Source of the DNA: an uncultured Candidatus Poseidoniales archaeon
Lineage (GTDB): Archaea; Thermoplasmatota; Poseidoniia; Poseidoniales; Thalassarchaeaceae
Assembly: GCA_902573085.1 (NCBI GenBank)
Contig: CACGHY010000003.1
Location: forward strand, 1-62,277
Direction of reading: 5' to 3'
Length of the DNA stretch: 62,277 bases
Shown here: piece by piece, positions 28,367 to 39,518 of the stretch
Layout of the letters: each line of letters begins with the position of its first letter
How positions within the stretch are numbered: position 1 is the stretch's first letter
The notes under the pieces: model-generated
Seen by the model: only the letters and a program-made list of their open reading frames with translations
What the model was told of the DNA's origin: nothing
Databases searched by the model: none
Made by a program: the position numbers and the translations under genes

Positions 28367-29521
28367 ATGCACATGGTGCGCATTGGGCTGCTTGCAAACC
28401 CAGACGCCGGACTCGGCGGGAGGCTAGGTCTGAAGGGTTCAGACGGACAGGCAGAATTGGCAAGGTCAAGAGGAGCAGAGGATAGGTCGGGGCCTAGATT
28501 GAAGTCGATGCTGGAGTATTTTTCTAAAATCCACCGGGGAGGACAGGTTGACTTGGAATGGGTAACTAGCGGAGGGAGGATGGGAACTGACTGGATCCCG
28601 AGTGAGATGGAAGGAGCCATGATAGTTGAAGCTCACCAGTCCAAAGGAACCACTTCAGTATCGGATACGGAGGATGCTGTCGCAGCAATGGTAGGGTCGG
28701 AAATAGATTTGCTCGTCTACTCCGGTGGGGACGGGACCACACGGGACATTGTGGCTTCGCTTTCCAAGCTTGAGTCCTCGGAAACACCTGTGATAGGAGT
28801 CCCATCTGGGGTAAAGATGCACTCAGGATGCTTCGCTAGCTCCCCGAAGGGTGCTGCAGAGGTATTGTCCTCGTGGATTAATGGAGATTTGTTGGTTTCT
28901 AGTACCGAAGTACTGGATCTGGACGAGGATTTGTACAGGGAGGGCAAATGGGTCGTCCGGCTCTATGCAGAGGCCTTCTCACCTAACTCTCCAAGGTGGA
29001 TGCAAGGATCGAAGGAACTTGTGCAGACAGAGTCGGAGGATGACATTGTCGTAGGCCTTTCAGAGCACATACGGGAATCACTAGTTGGCGAGGACCAATT
29101 AATCATCTGGGGATCGGGGGGGACCTTGAGGGCGATTGGCGAGAACAACGGATTCGAATTGACGACTCTGGGTATTGACGCTACCATGGGCAGTGAGCAA
29201 GTGGGTACCGACCTAGATGAGTCAGGGATACTATCCATCTTGCGTTCTCATGATGGCTCGACAACTCTCCTGTTGTCCCCTATGGGGGGTCAGGGTTTCC
29301 TAATCGGTAGAGGGAACCTGCAACTATCGCCGGCTGTGCTGGAATCAATTGGAATCGACAATATTCTTGGCGTTCTAACTCCAGCTAAGCTACTCACGGT
29401 GAGGAAACTTAGGATTGAGACAGGAGATGAGGGGCTAGATGAGCGGTTCGCCTCAATGAGATACATGAAGGTGCTTCAGGGATACAGGACAACCCGAATT
29501 CTACCTGTCTCTGTGGATTAG
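28367..29521 (+). CDS. ATP-NAD kinase family protein (AcoX-like)
   Basis: [38 protein letters not shown]. Confidence 0.82.
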   Translation: MHMVRIGLLANPDAGLGGRLGLKGSDGQAELARSRGAEDRSGPRLKSMLEYFSKIHRGGQVDLEWVTSGGRMGTDWIPSEMEGAMIVEAHQSKGTTSVSDTEDAVAAMVGSEIDLLVYSGGDGTTRDIVASLSKLESSETPVIGVPSGVKMHSGCFASSPKGAAEVLSSWINGDLLVSSTEVLDLDEDLYREGKWVVRLYAEAFSPNSPRWMQGSKELVQTESEDDIVVGLSEHIRESLVGEDQLIIWGSGGTLRAIGENNGFELTTLGIDATMGSEQVGTDLDESGILSILRSHDGSTTLLLSPMGGQGFLIGRGNLQLSPAVLESIGIDNILGVLTPAKLLTVRKLRIETGDEGLDERFASMRYMKVLQGYRTTRILPVSVD

Positions 29522-31179
29522 ATTTCCATTCCCGATGCGGCCATCAGAAGACCTAGGAAAGGTGGACTGGGACGATCTGGCCTGGACTTGAATTCTGGGT
29601 GGTACTGGGTGCCAACGTAGTATGGGTGCCCCTCAAGCTCCATTATCTCACAACGCTCTCCCGTCTCGTCCTTTCCTACGTAGACTAGGCCCGCTTCCTC
29701 TATATCTTCTATCAGCTCAGGATTTACCTCGTATCTGTGCCTGTGCCTCTCATCGACGTATCCTTCCCCTCCATACAACCTCCTAATTTTACAATCATCC
29801 ACAAGGAACGGGGTAGGCTTCGTCCCCAATCTCATAGTCCCTCCCATATGGGTCTTGGAAATCTCAGGCATGAATACAACAGCTGCATGGGCTGGTTCCT
29901 CATCGAACTCAGTAGAGTTGGCTCCCTCCATCCCGAGCACATTGCGGCAGAATTCGATCGTAGCTACCTGGAGTCCCAGACAGACACCGAGGTATGGGAT
30001 TTTGTTCTCTCTCGCATATTCAGCTGCCTTGATTTTCCCCTCAATCCCCCTGATGCCGAATCCACCGGGAACCAAGATTCCATCTGCGGATCTGAGCAAT
30101 TCCCATGCGGAATTGTGAGCTTCGGAATCTGACTTCTCGGTTTCCCCATCCAGTGCAGACGACTCGATCCAGTCGATCACAAGCTTCCTATTGACCTTGA
30201 AAGAGGCATGCTGGAGGGCCTTAATGACACTAAGATAAGAGTCAGCTAGATCCGTGTACTTGCCTGCCACTGCGATGTGCACTTCCTTAGCATCATCCAA
30301 AGTGTCAACGTGATCTGCCAACTCCTTCCAATCATCGAGCACTTTCCTCTTGGCAGGTATTTCGAAACTAAATCTGTCTGCTAGCATACTTGTTACCCCC
30401 TGCGACTCGAGCATTATTGGAACCTGGTAGATGTTGGAAACATCATGTGCAGAGACGACCGCTTCTGGGGGTACGTGGCAGAATGCAGAGATTTTGTTGC
30501 GAGTTTCGTCGATTAGCGGGCTCTTGGACCTGCAAACCAGCATATGTGGATTGATACCAAGTCCTCTCAGTTCCTTCACCGTGTGTTGAGTAGGCTTCGT
30601 CTTCTGTTCCCCTACTGGGCCCATGACGGGGATCAGGCTCACGTGAACGAAGCAAACATTCTCCTGCCCTACTCTGAATTGGAACTGTCGCAGAGCTTCG
30701 ACAAAGGGGGCGCTTTCAATGTCGCCGACTGTTCCACCTAGCTCGATTACGCAAGCATCGGGCTCCTTCCCGTTTCCATCGCTAGGTGTATGGGCCACCC
30801 TTTCTATCCAATCCTGTATTTCATTGGTTATATGTGGGATAACCTGAACCGTCTTTCCTAGGTAATCCCCGCGCCTCTCCTTTTGAATCACCTTGTTGTA
30901 CACCTTCCCTGTTGTGATGTTGTTATCTCTGGTTAGGCACACATCTAGGAATCTCTCGTAGTTGCCGAGATCTAGATCTACTTCACCTCCATCGTCTAGC
31001 ACGAATACCTCTCCGTGCTCGAAGGGACTCATCGTACCAGCATCCTCATTGAGGTAGGGATCTATTTTTACTGCGGTTACCCTCAGTCCAGCGCTTTTGA
31101 GCAGGACTCCTATGCTACTAGCAGTCACTCCTTTGCCCAATCCGGAGAGCACTCCACCCGTCACAACGACATACTTCAT
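29518..31179 (-). CDS. pyrG: CTP synthase
   Basis: [53 protein letters not shown]. Confidence 0.98.
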   Translation of the reverse strand: MKYVVVTGGVLSGLGKGVTASSIGVLLKSAGLRVTAVKIDPYLNEDAGTMSPFEHGEVFVLDDGGEVDLDLGNYERFLDVCLTRDNNITTGKVYNKVIQKERRGDYLGKTVQVIPHITNEIQDWIERVAHTPSDGNGKEPDACVIELGGTVGDIESAPFVEALRQFQFRVGQENVCFVHVSLIPVMGPVGEQKTKPTQHTVKELRGLGINPHMLVCRSKSPLIDETRNKISAFCHVPPEAVVSAHDVSNIYQVPIMLESQGVTSMLADRFSFEIPAKRKVLDDWKELADHVDTLDDAKEVHIAVAGKYTDLADSYLSVIKALQHASFKVNRKLVIDWIESSALDGETEKSDSEAHNSAWELLRSADGILVPGGFGIRGIEGKIKAAEYARENKIPYLGVCLGLQVATIEFCRNVLGMEGANSTEFDEEPAHAAVVFMPEISKTHMGGTMRLGTKPTPFLVDDCKIRRLYGGEGYVDERHRHRYEVNPELIEDIEEAGLVYVGKDETGERCEIMELEGHPYYVGTQYHPEFKSRPDRPSPPFLGLLMAASGMEI

Positions 31180-31286
31180 CTCATCAACGGGGTTTGAATC
31201 ACTCGCCTATCCCCTATCAACATTGGCACGTAAATTCCTGTTTCGTCCTTCTTTAATTTCAAGTATCGTCAGAATTACGGCTACAC

Positions 31287-32243
31287 ATGCACGGTGTACA
31301 CGGGGACAGGATCCTTGTTACTGGGGCCCTGGGGCAGATAGGTACTGACCTTGTCCATGCCCTTAGGAGGGAACATGGAAAAGACTCGGTAATCGCATCG
31401 GATATCAGGGAATCAGATGGGCACTCATCGATTGAAGAAGGCCCCTACGTCCCTCTTGATGTAATGGACACAGATGCTATTTCGGCAATTTGCAAGCGAG
31501 AGGGAATAGGAACAGTGTACCATCTTGCTGCACTTCTTTCTGCGACTGGCGAAAGGAATCCGGATAAATGTCGGAGGATAAATGTCGGAGGAACTATTTC
31601 GGTTCTCGAGGCGGCCAGGGAGTGCTCTCTGAGGGTGTATGCACCCTCGTCCATCGCTGTTTTCGGTCCTGACGCTCCGAAGAATCCTCCTCAGGATGCA
31701 CCCCTCAATCCTACTACTGTCTATGGTGAGACTAAGGTTAGCGGAGAGGCTCTAGCCAGGGAATACAGACGAAGTCACGGAGTCGACAGTAGGGGGATTA
31801 GGTATCCAGGACTCATTTCCTACAAGGCCCCTGCCGGAGGTGGCACTACCGACTATGCAGTAGAGATATTCCATGCAGCTCTCGATTCTGGGCATTACGA
31901 ATGCTTCGTCAGAGCAGATACCCGTCTCCCAATGCTATACATGGATGATGCAATCGAAGCCACGCTCACACTCATGGATGCAGAAGACGATCTTCTGGGC
32001 GATTCGAGGGCAGGCTACAACATCCCATGCCTCTCATTCTCGGCCGAGGAACTAGCAAATGCAATTTCAGATCGGGTTGAGGGGTTCACTTGCGACTTCG
32101 TTCCCGATGTAAGACAGGAGTATGCTGACTCATGGCCCGACTCAATAGACGGGACGGTAGCAGAGAGAGAGTGGGGGTGGAGCCCTCGCTTCGACCTAGA
32201 GTCGATGGTCGATGAGATGCTCAGAGGGATTTCCGGGAGCTAG
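31287..32243 (+). CDS. SDR-family NAD-dependent epimerase / L-threonine 3-dehydrogenase
   Basis: TGALGQIG, HLAALLSA, PSSIAVFG, YGETK, GGGTTDYAV, LPMLYMDD, SWPDSID. Confidence 0.88.
   Translation: MHGVHGDRILVTGALGQIGTDLVHALRREHGKDSVIASDIRESDGHSSIEEGPYVPLDVMDTDAISAICKREGIGTVYHLAALLSATGERNPDKCRRINVGGTISVLEAARECSLRVYAPSSIAVFGPDAPKNPPQDAPLNPTTVYGETKVSGEALAREYRRSHGVDSRGIRYPGLISYKAPAGGGTTDYAVEIFHAALDSGHYECFVRADTRLPMLYMDDAIEATLTLMDAEDDLLGDSRAGYNIPCLSFSAEELANAISDRVEGFTCDFVPDVRQEYADSWPDSIDGTVAEREWGWSPRFDLESMVDEMLRGISGS
31562..31592 (+). repeat. Perfect 14-nt tandem repeat (GGATAAATGTCGGA x2 plus GGA) inside a CDS
   Basis: Copies at 31562-31575 and 31576-31589, continuing 3 nt further. Confidence 0.85.
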
Positions 32244-33829
32244 TCCTCTGAACTCTCCCAATCTGGTGTACTTGGGTCCGTCCTGGCCCAGAGGACATCG
32301 TCGATTCTTAGAACGCCGATTGCAGCCTCCGTGGCCGCCGACAAGGCGTTACTAACCACGAATTCTGTGTCCAGAATACCCAATTCTTCCATATGGCAGT
32401 TTTTGCCACTTTGCAGGTCGAAGCCAACCCACGCCCCGCTATCCTTCTGGTCAGCCGACAAGGAGAGGATGACTTCCACGGGATCCCTCCCCGCATTCTC
32501 AGCGAGAATCCTAGGAATAGACTCCAGAGCAGAGGCATATGCCTCTATGGCAAGCTGTTCCCTCCCGGACTGGGTCTGCGAGAACGCTCTAAGATGACCA
32601 GCGAGGTGTGCTTGAATAGCCCCTCCACCGGGAAGTACTCCGGGCTTGCTGTTGAGTCGGTGGGCAACTCCAATTGCATCATCGAAAATCCTAATCGCCT
32701 CATCCCTAATCTCCGGAGTCGACCCCCTAACGACCAGAGTCATGCCTCCTCCTAAGCCCTCAATGAGTGTGTGCTTGACTTCGGAGACGACCTCTTCTGA
32801 CCTCTTCGAGTAGCTCCCGATGTCGTCTGCGCTCAAATCCTCAGCCTTTCTGATTGGTGTTGCACCGGTAATCCGGGAAAGCAAGTCCATGTCCTCCCTC
32901 TCGAACCTCCTGTATGCAGTAATTCCAGAATCCGTGAGCATGGAAACTGCCTCGTCATCAATCCCCTCCCTTACTACCAGCAAATCAACTCCCAGGGCCT
33001 CGAGGTGATCCACTTGCTTTCGCAAGTTCTGCCTTGATTTTCTGTGGAAATCCTGGAGAGTCCCCGGACTACTAATCTCGATAGACGCGCTAATCTCTAA
33101 TTTCTGCTTATCCAGGCCGCCATCGATAATCGCTACACGGCCTCCGTCAGCATTGGCCTTAGTGGATATATCGACTCTGGACTTTAGCAACATCAAGCCT
33201 CTTTCTAATGAGCTATCCACAACTCCGCCTTCCTTAATCTGGAGACGTTTCACAAACATCCTCTCAATATCGTCTCCATCCCCTAAATCGATTAGCGAGT
33301 CTGCAGCCTCGATTGCTAAATCAGCCAAGACGTCGCATAACGACGAATCTCCTTTGCCTTGCAGTGAGGTTCGAATAACTTGGAATTTCTGACTTTGATC
33401 GGAGGTCTTAGAAACCCTTGAAATCTCAGAAATAGCCTCATCGAGAGCCAAGGAGTATCCATTGACAATTATTGATGGATGTACTCCCATCCTCACCAAT
33501 TCCAGGGCATTCTGGAGCATCTCAGAAATCAATAGGACCGTGGTGGTGGTTCCGTCCCTCGCAGAACGATCCTGCGACGAAGAGGCATCGATCAACATCC
33601 TAGCCGTGGGATGCTCGACATTGGCGGTCTCCAGAACAGTTACCCCGTCGTTGGTCACCAATGCGGTTCCGTCAGCGTCTACAAGCATCTTATCGAGGCC
33701 CTTGGGACCTAGCGTAGAGCGTATCGCCCCGGCTAAAGATGAAGCAGCCCTGACGTTGTTTACAAGCGCGGTTCTTCCATGTATTCTATCAGTATCCTCA
33801 ATAGCCAAATCGTAATCTGACTCTACCAT
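32240..33829 (-). CDS. Thermosome (group II chaperonin) subunit, divergent
   Basis: LGPKGLDKM, TNDGVT, DGTTT, PGGGA, LRIDD. Start is probably ATG 33829; ORF track gives 33895. Confidence 0.92.
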   Translation of the reverse strand: MVESDYDLAIEDTDRIHGRTALVNNVRAASSLAGAIRSTLGPKGLDKMLVDADGTALVTNDGVTVLETANVEHPTARMLIDASSSQDRSARDGTTTTVLLISEMLQNALELVRMGVHPSIIVNGYSLALDEAISEISRVSKTSDQSQKFQVIRTSLQGKGDSSLCDVLADLAIEAADSLIDLGDGDDIERMFVKRLQIKEGGVVDSSLERGLMLLKSRVDISTKANADGGRVAIIDGGLDKQKLEISASIEISSPGTLQDFHRKSRQNLRKQVDHLEALGVDLLVVREGIDDEAVSMLTDSGITAYRRFEREDMDLLSRITGATPIRKAEDLSADDIGSYSKRSEEVVSEVKHTLIEGLGGGMTLVVRGSTPEIRDEAIRIFDDAIGVAHRLNSKPGVLPGGGAIQAHLAGHLRAFSQTQSGREQLAIEAYASALESIPRILAENAGRDPVEVILSLSADQKDSGAWVGFDLQSGKNCHMEELGILDTEFVVSNALSAATEAAIGVLRIDDVLWARTDPSTPDWESSED

Positions 33830-33964
33830 GGTACAATGGCCACTGAAGACTCCGTTTTCAATACAATCATCTGGCTCTAGGTCGATTTCGGGCACCCTCC
33901 TCCCGTTTGATTCAAATACCCCCTCTGTCTCCCACTATACAACTCAAGGTTAACAAGTGATACA

Positions 33965-34567
33965 ATGTCAGAAGAAAATTGGGACGATTTCGATGAAGAG
34001 GCAATGGATGAAATGGTCCGAATGTTCGAGAGAATGGGTATGCCAATAGACGTTGATGTGCTAAGATCTCTGATTAAGCAAGTAAGGAACCAGTTTGAAC
34101 AGCTGGGGATTGACCCAAAGAAAGTCTCGATGGACGAGGTCAAGCTAGGAGTAGATTCTGATCCCGAGGAGTTCATGAAGAACTTCGAATCTATGCTGAG
34201 CGGCCCCCAGGGTCTTGGTGAGTTTCTCAAGAAGATGGGAGTGGATATTCACATCAAGCCATCAGTCTCGGAGGTCAGAGTAGACGTCGACGAAAGTAAC
34301 AATTCAGACGAGGACAACTCAATTTCTTCCGATGATGTATACATCAAGGAAAACGAGATGTACGTCACTATCGATGTTTCCAGGTACGAGGATATAGATC
34401 GGAATAACCTCGAAATTAGCCTAACAGGAGGAGGCGAGGTGTTGCAATTGCTAAGGAAGAATCAGATTAGACCATTCAGGAACTTCGTACTTCCACACGC
34501 CTCCTCTGGAGATTTCCAGTGGGAAATTAACAACGGCATACTGGACATGACATTCGAACTGAAGTAG
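33965..34567 (+). CDS. Small heat-shock protein (Hsp20/alpha-crystallin-like) with long acidic N-terminus
   Basis: C-terminal beta-sandwich ending ...FVLP...[10 protein letters not shown]; located between thermosome and dnaK. Confidence 0.65.
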   Translation: MSEENWDDFDEEAMDEMVRMFERMGMPIDVDVLRSLIKQVRNQFEQLGIDPKKVSMDEVKLGVDSDPEEFMKNFESMLSGPQGLGEFLKKMGVDIHIKPSVSEVRVDVDESNNSDEDNSISSDDVYIKENEMYVTIDVSRYEDIDRNNLEISLTGGGEVLQLLRKNQIRPFRNFVLPHASSGDFQWEINNGILDMTFELK

Positions 34568-34595
34568 TTTGAGAAAAAAATCAGGAGAAATAGAA

Positions 34596-36470
34596 ATGGG
34601 ATCAGCAGTTATTGGAATTGACTTAGGAACGACAAACAGTTGTGTTGCAACTATAGAAGGAGGAAAAGCGGTAGTGATACCGAACTCGGAGGGCTCTAGA
34701 ACCACTCCCAGCGTAGTCGCCTTCTCGAAGGAAGGGGAGAGGCTGGTAGGTGTCACTGCCAAGAGGCAGGCCGTGACTAACTCTGAGAGAACAATAATTT
34801 CAGTAAAGAGAGAGATGGGAACAGATTGGGTGCAAGAAATAGACGGGGACAACTATTCGCCTCAGGAGATATCGGCATTCGTTCTTCAGAAGCTGAAGTC
34901 AGATGCAGAGGAATATTTGGGTACCGAGGTCAAGCAAGCTGTAGTCACTTGCCCAGCGTACTTCTCCGATGCACAAAGAAAGGCAACCAAGGATGCGGGT
35001 AGGATTGCAGGACTAGAGGTTCTCAGAATAATCAACGAGCCGACTGCCGCAGCACTGGCCTACGGAGTCGACAAGGAAGAAGACCAGACGGTCTTGGTTT
35101 ACGACCTGGGGGGAGGTACCTTCGATGTGTCCATTCTCGAGATTTACCAGGTCGACGGTCAACCTCAGATTGAGGTGAAAGCAACTAGCGGCGATAACAG
35201 ACTCGGTGGTGACGATTTCGATGAGGCGGTTATGGATTGGATAGTCTCCGAGTTCAAGAAATCCACTGGAATAGAACTAGAGAAGGACCTACAGGCAATA
35301 AGCAGGATCAGAGAAGCCGCCGAGAAGGCCAAAATAGAATTATCCACAACACCATCCACCCAGATTAATTTACCATTTATCACAATGATCGATGGTCAGC
35401 CAGAGCATCTAGACATGGCCCTGTCTCGTTCGAAGTTTGAGAAGCTTACAGCGTCTCTTGTTGAGAGGACTATGTCTCCGACCCGTCAGGCAATGAAGGA
35501 TGCTTCAATCAAGAAGGGAAATGTCGACAAGGTCCTACTAGTAGGCGGTTCAACTAGGATTCCCGCTGTTCAGCAAGCGATTGAGAAGGAGGTCGGTAAG
35601 GCCCCATTCAAAGGAATAAACCCCGATGAGGCGGTGGCCATGGGTGCCGCCCTCCAAGCTGGAATCATCGTTGGAGACGAGGGAGTCACGGACGTGCTGC
35701 TACTGGACGTCACGCCCCTCACTCTGGGAATCGAGACTCTGGGAGGGGTTACTACTACGATGATAGAGAGAAACACCACCATTCCCTCTCGTAGGTCTGA
35801 GACTTTCTCTACGGCAGCAGATAACCAACCTGCCGTAGAGGTACACGTATTGCAAGGTGAGAGAGAGTTTGCTAAGGACAACATAACCTTGGGACGATTC
35901 CACCTGATGGGGATCCCAGCTGCACCAAGGGGTATCCCGCAGATTGAGGTAACATTCGATATAGATGCAAATGGGATAGTCAACGTTTCCGCTAAGGACT
36001 TGGGAACAGGAACCGAACAATCGATCAAGATAGAGAGCCAAACCTCTCTTTCCGAGGATGAGATTAGGCAGAAAATAGAGGATGCCGAAAAGTTTGCAGA
36101 AGAGGACAAGAGGAAGAAGGCTAAGGTAGAGATGCGCAACTCTGCAGACAGCGTAGTCTATCAGACTAGGAAGATGATCGAAGAGAACGAGGAGAAACTC
36201 GCCGATGAAGACACCAAGCCAGTCCTAGAGAAGCTGGACGAACTCGAGGCTCTGATAGTCAAGGACGAGACTCCTGTTCCACTGGAGGAAATAGATGAGG
36301 CTGCAATCCAGGCAAAGATGTCAGAACTGGAGGAATCAATGCACTCTATCTCAACTAAACTGTACGAAGCTGCGGCTGCAGAGATGGCCGAGGAAAAGGA
36401 CGAGAGCGGTGACGATGGAGTCGTTGATGCAGACTTCGAGGTCGTTGACTCCGAGGAAGAAGAGGACTGA
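34596..36470 (+). CDS. dnaK: Chaperone DnaK (Hsp70)
   Basis: [67 protein letters not shown]. Start is ATG 34596. Confidence 0.98.
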   Translation: MGSAVIGIDLGTTNSCVATIEGGKAVVIPNSEGSRTTPSVVAFSKEGERLVGVTAKRQAVTNSERTIISVKREMGTDWVQEIDGDNYSPQEISAFVLQKLKSDAEEYLGTEVKQAVVTCPAYFSDAQRKATKDAGRIAGLEVLRIINEPTAAALAYGVDKEEDQTVLVYDLGGGTFDVSILEIYQVDGQPQIEVKATSGDNRLGGDDFDEAVMDWIVSEFKKSTGIELEKDLQAISRIREAAEKAKIELSTTPSTQINLPFITMIDGQPEHLDMALSRSKFEKLTASLVERTMSPTRQAMKDASIKKGNVDKVLLVGGSTRIPAVQQAIEKEVGKAPFKGINPDEAVAMGAALQAGIIVGDEGVTDVLLLDVTPLTLGIETLGGVTTTMIERNTTIPSRRSETFSTAADNQPAVEVHVLQGEREFAKDNITLGRFHLMGIPAAPRGIPQIEVTFDIDANGIVNVSAKDLGTGTEQSIKIESQTSLSEDEIRQKIEDAEKFAEEDKRKKAKVEMRNSADSVVYQTRKMIEENEEKLADEDTKPVLEKLDELEALIVKDETPVPLEEIDEAAIQAKMSELEESMHSISTKLYEAAAAEMAEEKDESGDDGVVDADFEVVDSEEEED

Positions 36471-37994
36471 TCAATCCTCGGTAATCAGTCTGTGTAGGGT
36501 CCTGACGTGGACACCCGATGTCCCATATTGGAAGAAGGGGTTCGCCCCTTCCGAACGAGCCTTAGATCCAGGTCCCCATGCAGTTCCAGCGATATCTAGA
36601 TGCACCCACGGAATCTTCTCTGCATCCTCCTCGAATCCCCTAGTCGGAACAAAGAACTCTAGGAATGATGCAGCAGTGTTCGAGGAGCCAGCCCTGCCTC
36701 CAATCGAGCCGTTCCTGATGTCAGCGAATGCAGAGTCGGTCATGTACTTGCGGAACTGAGCGTTAAGAGGCATCCTCCATACAGGCTCTCCGCTCCTCTT
36801 TGCAGCCGCTTTGAGCCTCTTTGCGATTCCCTCATCGTTCGCCCACATTCCCGATATCTGGTTCCCTAGGGCAACAACCACTGCTCCGGTAAGCGTCGCA
36901 AGATCCACGATGTATTCTGGGTCTAACTCGCCCGCCTTCCATAGTCCATCAGCCAGAACATTCCTGCCTTCGGCATCAGTGCTGAACACCTCGATCGTCT
37001 TCCCAGAGTACGTTTTGAAAACGTCGCCGGGTCTGTAAGCCCCAGACCCGGGCATATTCTCCGCTAGGCAAGCGATTCCGTTCACCCTCCTCTGATATCC
37101 GGTGGCGTGTAGCGAGTGCATTAGGCCGAATACTGTCGCAGCTCCGCACATGTCGTACTTCATGTCCCACATCCCTCCAGTGGGCTTGATCGAAATTCCA
37201 CCGGTGTCGAATGTAATTCCCTTCCCTACAATACAGGGCCGCTGCACTCCTTCATCAGCATCCGGATTCAATGTGAATAGGACCATGCATGGTTTCCGAT
37301 CGCTCCCCTTGCCAACGTTGATCAGTCCTCCCATGCCGAGCTCTTGCAGTTTCTTCCAATCGTATACCTCAACCTCTACGTTGACCTTGTCCTTGGCCCA
37401 TTCCTCCGCTCTCTTTGCGTATTCCATTGGGTAAAGCACGTTTGCAGGCTCATTGCCCAAGTCCCTTGCTAAATGGACTCCTTCCGCCACTGAACCTACC
37501 TTGCTTAGCCCTCGGGCCAATGACTCCTGATACCTCGAGCTTGCTTGGAAAGACACGTTCCAAGGGTCAGATATGTGATCCTTGGGTGACTCTTGATGCT
37601 CCAGGAACTCGTAGTCTCGAAGCAGCATCCCCTCGGCGAAGTCGATCATCCTCTTCACCGACCAACCCGAAGTGAATCTCACCGAAACGTCGATACCCTT
37701 CTTTTTGGACATGGAAGCAATCAGCCTGGCTCCAGTGTTCCTAGCTCTCTCGTGTCCGAGGGAATCCTTCTTCCCCATGCCGACTAGGACGATATTGCAA
37801 CCTGGAGTCCAAAGCGTCATCCTACTGCCTTTCTTACCCTCGAAGCCTCCGGATGAGATGGCCTCTCTAACTAGACTACGTTGACTCCTGCTAAGCCCGT
37901 TGAGAGAGTTGTTTGGTGCCTTGGCGACTCCTTCGAAGAGAGGGAGAACCACTTGCGATCCTAATTCTGTAAATTCACTGCATGATATTTTCAT
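36471..37994 (-). CDS. pepA: Leucyl aminopeptidase (M17)
   Basis: VGKGITFDTGG, MKYDMCGAA, ENMPG, TDAEGR, DLATLTGA, HLDIAG. Start set at ATG 37994. Confidence 0.93.
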   Translation of the reverse strand: MKISCSEFTELGSQVVLPLFEGVAKAPNNSLNGLSRSQRSLVREAISSGGFEGKKGSRMTLWTPGCNIVLVGMGKKDSLGHERARNTGARLIASMSKKKGIDVSVRFTSGWSVKRMIDFAEGMLLRDYEFLEHQESPKDHISDPWNVSFQASSRYQESLARGLSKVGSVAEGVHLARDLGNEPANVLYPMEYAKRAEEWAKDKVNVEVEVYDWKKLQELGMGGLINVGKGSDRKPCMVLFTLNPDADEGVQRPCIVGKGITFDTGGISIKPTGGMWDMKYDMCGAATVFGLMHSLHATGYQRRVNGIACLAENMPGSGAYRPGDVFKTYSGKTIEVFSTDAEGRNVLADGLWKAGELDPEYIVDLATLTGAVVVALGNQISGMWANDEGIAKRLKAAAKRSGEPVWRMPLNAQFRKYMTDSAFADIRNGSIGGRAGSSNTAASFLEFFVPTRGFEEDAEKIPWVHLDIAGTAWGPGSKARSEGANPFFQYGTSGVHVRTLHRLITED

Positions 37995-38074
37995 ATTTAG
38001 CCTCAAAAACCCGATTAGTAACCAGTTTACAAACAATTCCTTCAAAAAAGCACAATTTCAAAGTCAAAATAAGA

Positions 38075-39511
38075 CTATAGCTTTTCAACTCTGACCTCTC
38101 TCTTGCCCAATGCAGCCAGGAAAATGCAGGCTATGCTAAGAAATACAGATGGAGATGGAAGGGCCGCTTTTTTACTGTGACTATTCTCGATAATTGAATG
38201 GTTCACAGGTTCCGAAATCCATCCCGATGCATCTATTACTCTCTTCTGGTAGAACAGGTAGAAAGTTCCTTGGCCATTAGAAATAGGTGCATCTCCGAAG
38301 TTAAGAATCGACTCCGTGCTGTTGGTAGCGTTCACTCCGAATCCACACCCAGGAGAAGAGTAGTTGAATCCAAAACTCTCAATCTCACAGGGAGATTCTC
38401 CTGGATGATCTCCGACTGGGAACCAGGTTCTCTCTTCTGTAACATACGCCAAAGTGGCGTTAGAGGTACTCGCTCTCCCGAGGTTGGACACCTCCAGGTG
38501 GACCTCGCCCCCCTCTTCTATCACCATTGCATCAACGAAGAGACGAGCTCTCCAGTACCAGACATTCTCGATTAGATATAACATCACATCTAGCTCCTCA
38601 GACAGCCTATCTGATAACGCTTCAACCGTCCCGAGTAGGAACTGTTCATCATCAGTCTCGAACGTGAAAGTAGGGTAACCCATGACGCCATAGCCATAGT
38701 CCCGGCTAGTGCCGCAATTTGGGTATAGGCCTTGGTTGGCGTTTCGAATAGGTATGTCTGAAATGTTCGAGTTAACTTCGTCTCTAATGTGGTGATACAT
38801 TTCCCAGTCAGGAGGTTGCTCTGGCCATTTTCCCCATGGATACAGCATAATCCAAACTCCGGTATGCATTGTAACGTACAAATCTGCATCAGGAACTACA
38901 TCATTCATGTAAATTGAATTTGCAAGAGTCTCTGATTCACTGAATGCAGAACTTCCTGGCTGAGTGGTGGGGCATGTGTTCCAGTAATGATCGTAGTTTC
39001 TATTAAGGTCTACTTGGTTCACGTTCCATCTGGTATCAAAGTCATTTCCATCTGCATTCAGCATAATTAGGATGTGCAACTCGGTAGTTGAAAGAACATC
39101 TATCACATCCTGTTCCCCTTCAGACCACCCCTCGATGTAATACTCTGCAGTGATGAATGCTAATTCAGTCCCCAAATGCTCGTTACCATGATGGCCGCCG
39201 TCGATGTAAACCACTTCTTTGGCAGTTCCATCTGGCTTGGTCTCCAGACTCCAATCTGAAATTTGTAACATCCAGAGATTTCTTCCAAGTTCTGTTTCGC
39301 CTACAACCAATAGGTTAACGATATCTGGATGTTCATCTGCCCAGGCATTCAGATCTAGAGTAAGTGTCGCATATGAGTGGTACCAGTGTTCCTGTATAAT
39401 ATCCGGTTGGCTAATCTGGGCCGATACTACAGGTGAAACAGATGCAAGTGCAAATGAAGCAACCAGAATTGTCGCTGTCCAGCGGCGCATGCGCCGCTGT
39501 AGGGGCCACAA
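38075..39511 (-). CDS. Secreted M14 zinc carboxypeptidase with C-terminal membrane anchor
   Basis: Signal peptide; DGGHHGNE (H-x-x-E), DLNRN, TMHT, FETD; C-terminal LPSPS + hydrophobic helix + KR. Confidence 0.9.
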   Translation of the reverse strand: MWPLQRRMRRWTATILVASFALASVSPVVSAQISQPDIIQEHWYHSYATLTLDLNAWADEHPDIVNLLVVGETELGRNLWMLQISDWSLETKPDGTAKEVVYIDGGHHGNEHLGTELAFITAEYYIEGWSEGEQDVIDVLSTTELHILIMLNADGNDFDTRWNVNQVDLNRNYDHYWNTCPTTQPGSSAFSESETLANSIYMNDVVPDADLYVTMHTGVWIMLYPWGKWPEQPPDWEMYHHIRDEVNSNISDIPIRNANQGLYPNCGTSRDYGYGVMGYPTFTFETDDEQFLLGTVEALSDRLSEELDVMLYLIENVWYWRARLFVDAMVIEEGGEVHLEVSNLGRASTSNATLAYVTEERTWFPVGDHPGESPCEIESFGFNYSSPGCGFGVNATNSTESILNFGDAPISNGQGTFYLFYQKRVIDASGWISEPVNHSIIENSHSKKAALPSPSVFLSIACIFLAALGKREVRVEKL

Positions 39512-39518
39512 CGTACAA

